Origin: Candidatus Methylomirabilota bacterium
GTDB lineage: Bacteria; Methylomirabilota; Methylomirabilia; Rokubacteriales; CSP1-6
Direction of reading: 5' to 3'
DNA: 11,573 bases
NCBI GenBank assembly: GCA_046726415.1
Contig: JBKPAK010000083.1
Location: 1-11,573 of the forward strand
Under the pieces are notes generated by a model, which made no database searches, was not told the origin of the DNA, and saw only the letters and a program-made list of their open reading frames with translations. Shown piece by piece: positions 7,320 through 11,573 of this stretch (the first letter of the stretch is position 1; the number at the start of each line of letters is the position of its first letter). The position numbers and the translations under genes are program-made.

Positions 7320-8734
7320 TTGGACTGGGCACGGGCTCCCGGGCTATCGCCACGCCCGTGCCCCGCCGGAAGCACCGGCAGCGGTCGGTCATTCGCCCGA
7401 TCAGAGTCCCTACTACCGGTGTCGCCACGCCCGTGCCCCGCCGGAAGCACCGGCAGGGGTCGGTCGTTCGCCCGATCAGAGTCCCTACTACCGGTGTTGC
7501 CACGCCCGTGCCCCGCCGGAAGCACCGGCAGCGGTCGGTCATTCGCCCGATCAGAGTCCCTACTACCGGCGTCGCCACGCCCGTGCCCTGCCGGAAGCAC
7601 CGGCAGGGGTCGGTCGTTCACCCGGTCAGCGTCCGCCTCGCCGGCGTCGCGATGGCGACCGTATGCGTAGTAAGCGGCGCAGGCGCCCTCCGCGGACACC
7701 ATCGTGGCCCCGAGCGGATGCGCCGGAGTGCATCGCGTGCCGAACGCCGGGCAGTCGGGGGGCTTGCGGAGGCCGCGCAGGATCTGCCCGCTGATGCACT
7801 CAGCCGCCTCGTGCGTCTCGAGTGTCCCCACGTCGAAGCGGCGCTCGGCGTCGTACTCGCGGAACTCGTAGCGCAGCCTCAGGCCGGATTTCGGGATCGT
7901 CCCCACCCCGCGCCACTTCCGGTCACAGACTTCGAAAACGGACCACAGCAGCCGCTGCGCCGCGACGTTGCCGGCGTGGCCCACCACTCGGGAGTACTGG
8001 TTCTCCACCCCCGCCATTCCCGCTTCCAGCCGCCGCACCGTCCGGAGGACGCCGTCCAGGAGATCCACGGGCTCGAAGCCCGTGATCACGATCGGCACCC
8101 CGTAATGCCGGGCGATCGCCTCGTATTCGCGATAGCCCATGACCGTGCACACGTGGCCCGGGCCGAGGAACCCTCGCACCCGGTTCCCGGGCGATTGGAG
8201 CACTGCGGCGATGGCCGGGGGAACGAGCACGTGGGACACCAGCACCGTGAAGTTCGCCACCCCGAGCGCCCTGGCCCGCGTGACGGCCAGGGCGTTCGCC
8301 GGAGCCGTGGTCTCGAAACCGATGGCGAAGAACACGACCTCGCGAGCGGGATTGTCCTGGGCCAACCGCACGGCGTCGAGCGGCGCGTAGACGATGCGGA
8401 CGTCCGCGCCGGCCGACTTCAGCCGCAACAGATCGGTGTGAGAGCCCGGCACGCGCAGCATATCCCCGAACGAGGTGAAGATTACTTCGGGCCGTCGCGC
8501 GATCGCGTGCGCCTTGTCGATCTGCTCCAGCGAAGTGACGCAGACCGGGCATCCCGGACCGTGGACCAGCTCGATCTCGGACGGGAGGAGCCGATCGATG
8601 CCGTGCTTGACGATCGAGTGCGTCTGCCCGCCGCAGACCTCCATGAGCGTCCACGGTCGGGTGGTGACGCGCTGGATCTCGCGCAGGATCTTCCCCGCGA
8701 CCCGGCCGTCGCGATACTCATCGAGGTACTTCAT
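7316..8734 (-). CDS. hypD: Hydrogenase maturation protein HypD with a repetitive C-terminal extension
   Basis: True start MKYLDEY at ATG 8734 (ATGA overlap with the hypC stop); the ORF track start at 8986 overlaps hypC. Motifs [25 protein letters not shown] and C-terminal C..C..C..GACAAYY. 472 aa, including about 110 extra C-terminal residues. Confidence 0.96.
   Translation of the reverse strand: MKYLDEYRDGRVAGKILREIQRVTTRPWTLMEVCGGQTHSIVKHGIDRLLPSEIELVHGPGCPVCVTSLEQIDKAHAIARRPEVIFTSFGDMLRVPGSHTDLLRLKSAGADVRIVYAPLDAVRLAQDNPAREVVFFAIGFETTAPANALAVTRARALGVANFTVLVSHVLVPPAIAAVLQSPGNRVRGFLGPGHVCTVMGYREYEAIARHYGVPIVITGFEPVDLLDGVLRTVRRLEAGMAGVENQYSRVVGHAGNVAAQRLLWSVFEVCDRKWRGVGTIPKSGLRLRYEFREYDAERRFDVGTLETHEAAECISGQILRGLRKPPDCPAFGTRCTPAHPLGATMVSAEGACAAYYAYGRHRDAGEADADRVNDRPLPVLPAGHGRGDAGSRDSDRANDRPLPVLPAGHGRGNTGSRDSDRANDRPLPVLPAGHGRGDTGSRDSDRANDRPLPVLPAGHGRGDSPGARAQSK
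7351..7650. repeat. In-frame tandem repeat, 4 x 75 bp (25 aa) at the 3' end of hypD
   Basis: CACGCCCGTGCCC(C/T)GCCGGAAGCACCGGCAG recurs at 7351, 7426, 7501 and 7576. It encodes DR(A/V)[15 protein letters not shown](D/N)(T/A)GSRDS. The copy nearest the HypD core degenerates towards 7650. Confidence 0.97.
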
Positions 8735-8988
8735 GGGTCTGACTGCGGCACGCCGAGCTCCCCGAGCTGATCGAGCTCCTCGAGAAACCGGTACGTTCGC
8801 TCGGCCTCCTCGGGATCGACTCGGCTCAAGGCGAAGCCGACGTGGACGAGCACGTAGTCGCCCACGCCCGCCTCGGGCAGATGCTCCACACAGACCTTCT
8901 TGACGGTCCCCCCGAAATCCGCGCGGGCCATACGCAGTCCGCGGTCCTCGAAGATCTCCAAGACCTTTCCGGGAATGGCGAGGCACAT
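8731..8988 (-). CDS. hypC: Hydrogenase maturation chaperone HypC/HupF
   Basis: 85 aa. MCLAIPG and [17 protein letters not shown] overlap with hypF. Confidence 0.97.
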   Translation of the reverse strand: MCLAIPGKVLEIFEDRGLRMARADFGGTVKKVCVEHLPEAGVGDYVLVHVGFALSRVDPEEAERTYRFLEELDQLGELGVPQSDP

Positions 8989-11303
8989 CAGGCGGGGTCC
9001 CTCAAGTTTAGGCGTCGCGCCGCGACCGCGGCCTGGCCGAGCGCGAGCCCGCCATCATTGGCCGGCACGTGACGATGAGAGTAGACCTCGAAGCCACGGG
9101 CCGCGAGGGAGTCCACGGCCGCCTCGAGAAGCCACACGTTCTGAAAGACGCCGCCGCTCAGAGCCACCGCCGACACGCGCAGCCGCTCGCGGATTCGCTC
9201 GCAGACTCGCGCGATCACGTCGGCCAGGGTGGCGTGGAACCGGGCCGCGATCCGGGCCGCTGGCACTTCGCCCAGCAGGTCATCGACGACGCCGCGAATC
9301 ACGTCTGGGGTGCGCACGACGATGACCCCTCCGTCCTCGGCCAGCGCCGTCGAATAGACGACGTCCGCTTGGCGCTCGGCCAGCGCTTCGAGCTCCATGG
9401 CCGCTTGTGCCTCGAACGCAATGCGGTCGCGCAGGCCGAGAAGGCTGGCCACCGCATCGAAGAGCCGGCCGGCGCTGGACGTCAATGGCGCGTTCAGCCC
9501 GTGGTCAATGGCGCGACTCAGCACGCGCCAGGCGGCGCGATCGAGGCGGCGCACGAAGGCCAAGTCGAGACCCGACATCCCCTCGCCATACGCCGCCCTC
9601 AAGAACGCCGCTGCCATGCGCCAAGGCTCGCGCACCGCGGCGTCGCCACCGGGCAGCGGCACCGGCTCGAAGTGACCGACGCGTTGGAAGTCGGCGAGGC
9701 CTCCGAGGAGGAACTCGCCTCCCCACACCGCTCCATCCCGCCCGTAGCCGGTGCCATCCCAGGCGACACCGATCACGCGCCGATCGACACCGTTGTCGGC
9801 CAGGCAGCTGGCGATGTGCGCATGGTGATGTTGGACGGCCATCGTCTCCACGCCTTCGAGCGATTGGGCATAAAGCGTTGAGCGGTACGCGGGGTGGAGA
9901 TCGTGCGCGGCGATTTTCGGCGAGCAGGCGAACAATGTTCGAAGATGGTCGATGGCATCGAGGAACGCGCGGAATGCGCGCTCGTCGGAGAGATCGCCCA
10001 GGTGCTGGCTGAGGAAGGCCTCATGGCCCTTGACGAGCGCCACGGTGCTCTTCAGCTCGCCCCCGCAGGCCAGGATGGGTCGCGGCGCCGCCACCGGCAG
10101 GCGGATGCCGAGCGGCACGTAGCCACGCGAACGACGCACGAGGCGCGGCGTATGCCGCACCACGCGCGCGACGGAGTCATCGCAGGGCGTCTGGATAGGT
10201 CGATCGTGCACGAGGAACAGATCGGCCACGCCGCGCAGGCGGTTGAGCGCGTCTTCGTCCGTGTATGCGATGACCTCCGCGCTGGCGTTTCCGCTGGTCA
10301 TGACGAGGGGCCGCTCCACGGCCTTAAGCAGCAGGTGATGGAGCGGCGTATAGGGGAGGAGAATCCCGAGGTCGGGGCTGCCTGGCGCGACCTCGCCCGC
10401 CACCGGTGCCTCACCGCGCCTGCTGACAAGCACGATCGGCCGCGCCGGCGATGTGAGAAGCTGCGCCTCCGCCTCGGAGATGCGGCACAGCGCGTGACCC
10501 ATCGCGAGGTCCCTCACCATCACGGCGAGCGGCTTCGCGTCGCGCCGCTTCCGCCGGCGGAGCTCGGCAACGGCGGGGCTGTTCGTCGCGTCGCACGCCA
10601 GATGGTATCCACCGACGCCCTTGACGGCGACAATCCCGCCAGCAATGACGGCGCGGGCAGTGGCCCCGACTGGGTCCGCGCACGCAACCGGGTCGCCGTC
10701 CGGTCCATGGAGGGTCAGCACCGGCCCACACCGCGGACAGCTGATGGTCTCGGCGTGAAGGCGGCGATCCTCCGGGTCTCCGTGCTCCGCCTGGCACAAT
10801 GCGCACATCCGGAAGGCGGCCATCGCCGTGCGTTCTCGGTCGTAGGGCAGCGTGCGCACGATCGTGAATCGGGGGCCACATGCCGCGCACGTCACGAATG
10901 GGTAGCCATAGCGGCGATCAGCTGGATCCGCGAGCTCACGCAGACAGTCGTCACAGGTCGCCAGGTCCGGGACGGGACACAGCTCGCCCACGCCGTCGCG
11001 AGTACTGGCCTCGATGGAAAACGAGGTCCGGGCGCGGGGCTCTCCCCACGTCACCGAGCGTCGGTGCGGTCGGCTTGCCGGCGGCGAGGCCTTATCCAGA
11101 TCGTCGAGGAAGTTCTTGACCGCATCCTCGTCACCTTCGACGTCGGCGACGACGCCCTGGAGGGAGTTCCAGACCGATCCAGTTAGCGCGTGATGGACAG
11201 CCAGCCGGTAGAGGAATGGCCGGAACCCCATGCCCTGGACGACCCCTTCAATGGCGATCGTGCAGCGCCGCATGCGAGCCGAATCACCCCAGCGGGCGAC
11301 CAT
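8988..11303 (-). CDS. hypF: Carbamoyltransferase HypF
   Basis: 771 aa. Acylphosphatase-like [11 protein letters not shown]; two zinc fingers (CDDC...CAACGPR and CALC...CPRCGP); YrdC-like [10 protein letters not shown] and RRSRGY; Kae1-like HDLHP, QHHHAH, DGTGYG and [23 protein letters not shown]. Confidence 0.97.
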   Translation of the reverse strand: MVARWGDSARMRRCTIAIEGVVQGMGFRPFLYRLAVHHALTGSVWNSLQGVVADVEGDEDAVKNFLDDLDKASPPASRPHRRSVTWGEPRARTSFSIEASTRDGVGELCPVPDLATCDDCLRELADPADRRYGYPFVTCAACGPRFTIVRTLPYDRERTAMAAFRMCALCQAEHGDPEDRRLHAETISCPRCGPVLTLHGPDGDPVACADPVGATARAVIAGGIVAVKGVGGYHLACDATNSPAVAELRRRKRRDAKPLAVMVRDLAMGHALCRISEAEAQLLTSPARPIVLVSRRGEAPVAGEVAPGSPDLGILLPYTPLHHLLLKAVERPLVMTSGNASAEVIAYTDEDALNRLRGVADLFLVHDRPIQTPCDDSVARVVRHTPRLVRRSRGYVPLGIRLPVAAPRPILACGGELKSTVALVKGHEAFLSQHLGDLSDERAFRAFLDAIDHLRTLFACSPKIAAHDLHPAYRSTLYAQSLEGVETMAVQHHHAHIASCLADNGVDRRVIGVAWDGTGYGRDGAVWGGEFLLGGLADFQRVGHFEPVPLPGGDAAVREPWRMAAAFLRAAYGEGMSGLDLAFVRRLDRAAWRVLSRAIDHGLNAPLTSSAGRLFDAVASLLGLRDRIAFEAQAAMELEALAERQADVVYSTALAEDGGVIVVRTPDVIRGVVDDLLGEVPAARIAARFHATLADVIARVCERIRERLRVSAVALSGGVFQNVWLLEAAVDSLAARGFEVYSHRHVPANDGGLALGQAAVAARRLNLRDPA

Positions 11304-11354
11304 GGAGTTCCTTCTCCACTCCTGAGCGTAGAAAACCTCTCGGCCGGTGACATG

Positions 11355-11384
11355 ACTCTAACGGGGTGGCCTGTAGGAGGTCAA
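11355..11384 (-). promoter_or_regulatory. Putative sigma70-type promoter for the hyp/hydrogenase operon
   Basis: The minus strand reads TTGACC (11384-11379), an 18-nt spacer, then TAGAGT (11360-11355), about 50 nt upstream of the hypF ATG. Confidence 0.5.
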
Positions 11385-11401
11385 TCCAGGCTCGGTGAGG
11401 G

Positions 11402-11472
11402 TTCGAAAAATCGAAGTGATCGCGCCTGTGTCGATCACGACCGGTGTCGCCTTCGGCTTCAAGGGCGACACC
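11402..11472. promoter_or_regulatory. Cluster of inverted repeats upstream of the promoter (operators or RNA hairpins)
   Basis: TTCGA-AAAA-TCGAA (11402-11415), GTGATCG-N9-CGATCAC (11416-11438) and GGTGTCGCC-N12-GGCGACACC (11443-11472). The repeats are directly visible; their function is unknown. Confidence 0.4.
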
Positions 11473-11553
11473 AGCATCACAGCGATGGACGGCTGATCGA
11501 TCCGAAGTATCCAACGACCGCCACGTATGACGGGCATCACCAGGAGAGCAGTC

Positions 11554-11573
11554 ATGCCCATTGCGTATCTCGA
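11554..11573 (+). CDS. Probable 5' end of a divergently transcribed gene (MPIAYL...), truncated by the window
   Basis: AGGAG at 11542-11546, 7 nt before ATG 11554, and the frame is open to the edge. Only 6 full codons are visible, so no product can be assigned. Confidence 0.45.

Noticed and set aside
7351-7400. Resemblance of the repeat peptide ([12 protein letters not shown]) to the HypE N-terminus (PLPLGDTDRIMLGHGSGG)
   Set aside because: Only two tripeptides match and their spacing differs, which is consistent with chance.
7288-7578. Alternative-frame repeat ORFs across the hypD tail (7288-7578 minus, 7297-7794 plus)
   Set aside because: They are open only because a stop-free 75-bp unit is repeated. 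The hypD frame is continuous with the HypD core and coupled to the next gene.
7351-7650. Possible CRISPR array (regular repeats with an internal palindrome)
   Set aside because: The whole 75-bp unit repeats with no unique spacers, it lies in frame within hypD, and there are no cas genes in the window.
8735-8986. ORF-track N-terminal extension of HypD; likewise the extended starts at 1209, 3787, 4131 and 4439
   Set aside because: These overlap the upstream genes and read as low-complexity sequence. Downstream starts with an RBS or stop/start coupling fit better.
11416-11438. CRP/FNR box or intrinsic terminator at GTGATCG-N9-CGATCAC
   Set aside because: The GTGA-to-TCAC spacing is 15 nt, not 6. 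The T-run after the stem on the minus strand is interrupted (TTCGATTTTT), so neither call is supported.
11284-11561. Minus-strand ORFs 11358-11561 and 11284-11514
   Set aside because: No recognisable motifs or clear RBS. They overlap the predicted promoter, the hypF start or the divergent gene start. The 11358 frame is open to the right edge, so the tail of an upstream gene cannot be fully excluded.

Overview
High-GC bacterial DNA occupied almost entirely by one tightly coupled minus-strand [NiFe]-hydrogenase operon. In transcription order (right to left): hypF, hypC, hypD, a GmhA-like SIS protein, hypE, hydrogenase small subunit (no Tat signal), five short paralogous single-TM/coiled-coil proteins, hydrogenase large subunit (L1 SRACGVCGGVH, L2 FDPCMPCTTH), a degenerate HybD/HyaD-like protease, and a NifU/NfuA-like gene that runs off the left edge and is missing from the ORF track. 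The small subunit-five TM ORFs-large subunit layout matches my recollection of the group 1l (Hyl) putative high-affinity hydrogenases. That family is described from genomes but, as far as I know, is poorly characterised mechanistically. The most interesting points are: (1) the five TM proteins align without gaps as two paralog subfamilies, suggesting a hetero-oligomeric membrane stalk; (2) one of them ends in HxxHCxxCxxC; (3) HypD has a C-terminal 4 x 75-bp (25-aa) tandem repeat; (4) the protease has lost its usual metal ligands while the large-subunit tail carries a CxC; (5) the NifU-like domain seems to lack the CxxC at its usual position. The right end is a hairpin-rich intergenic region with a sigma70-like promoter and the probable start of a divergent gene. 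All calls are from reading motifs by eye; no searches were run.
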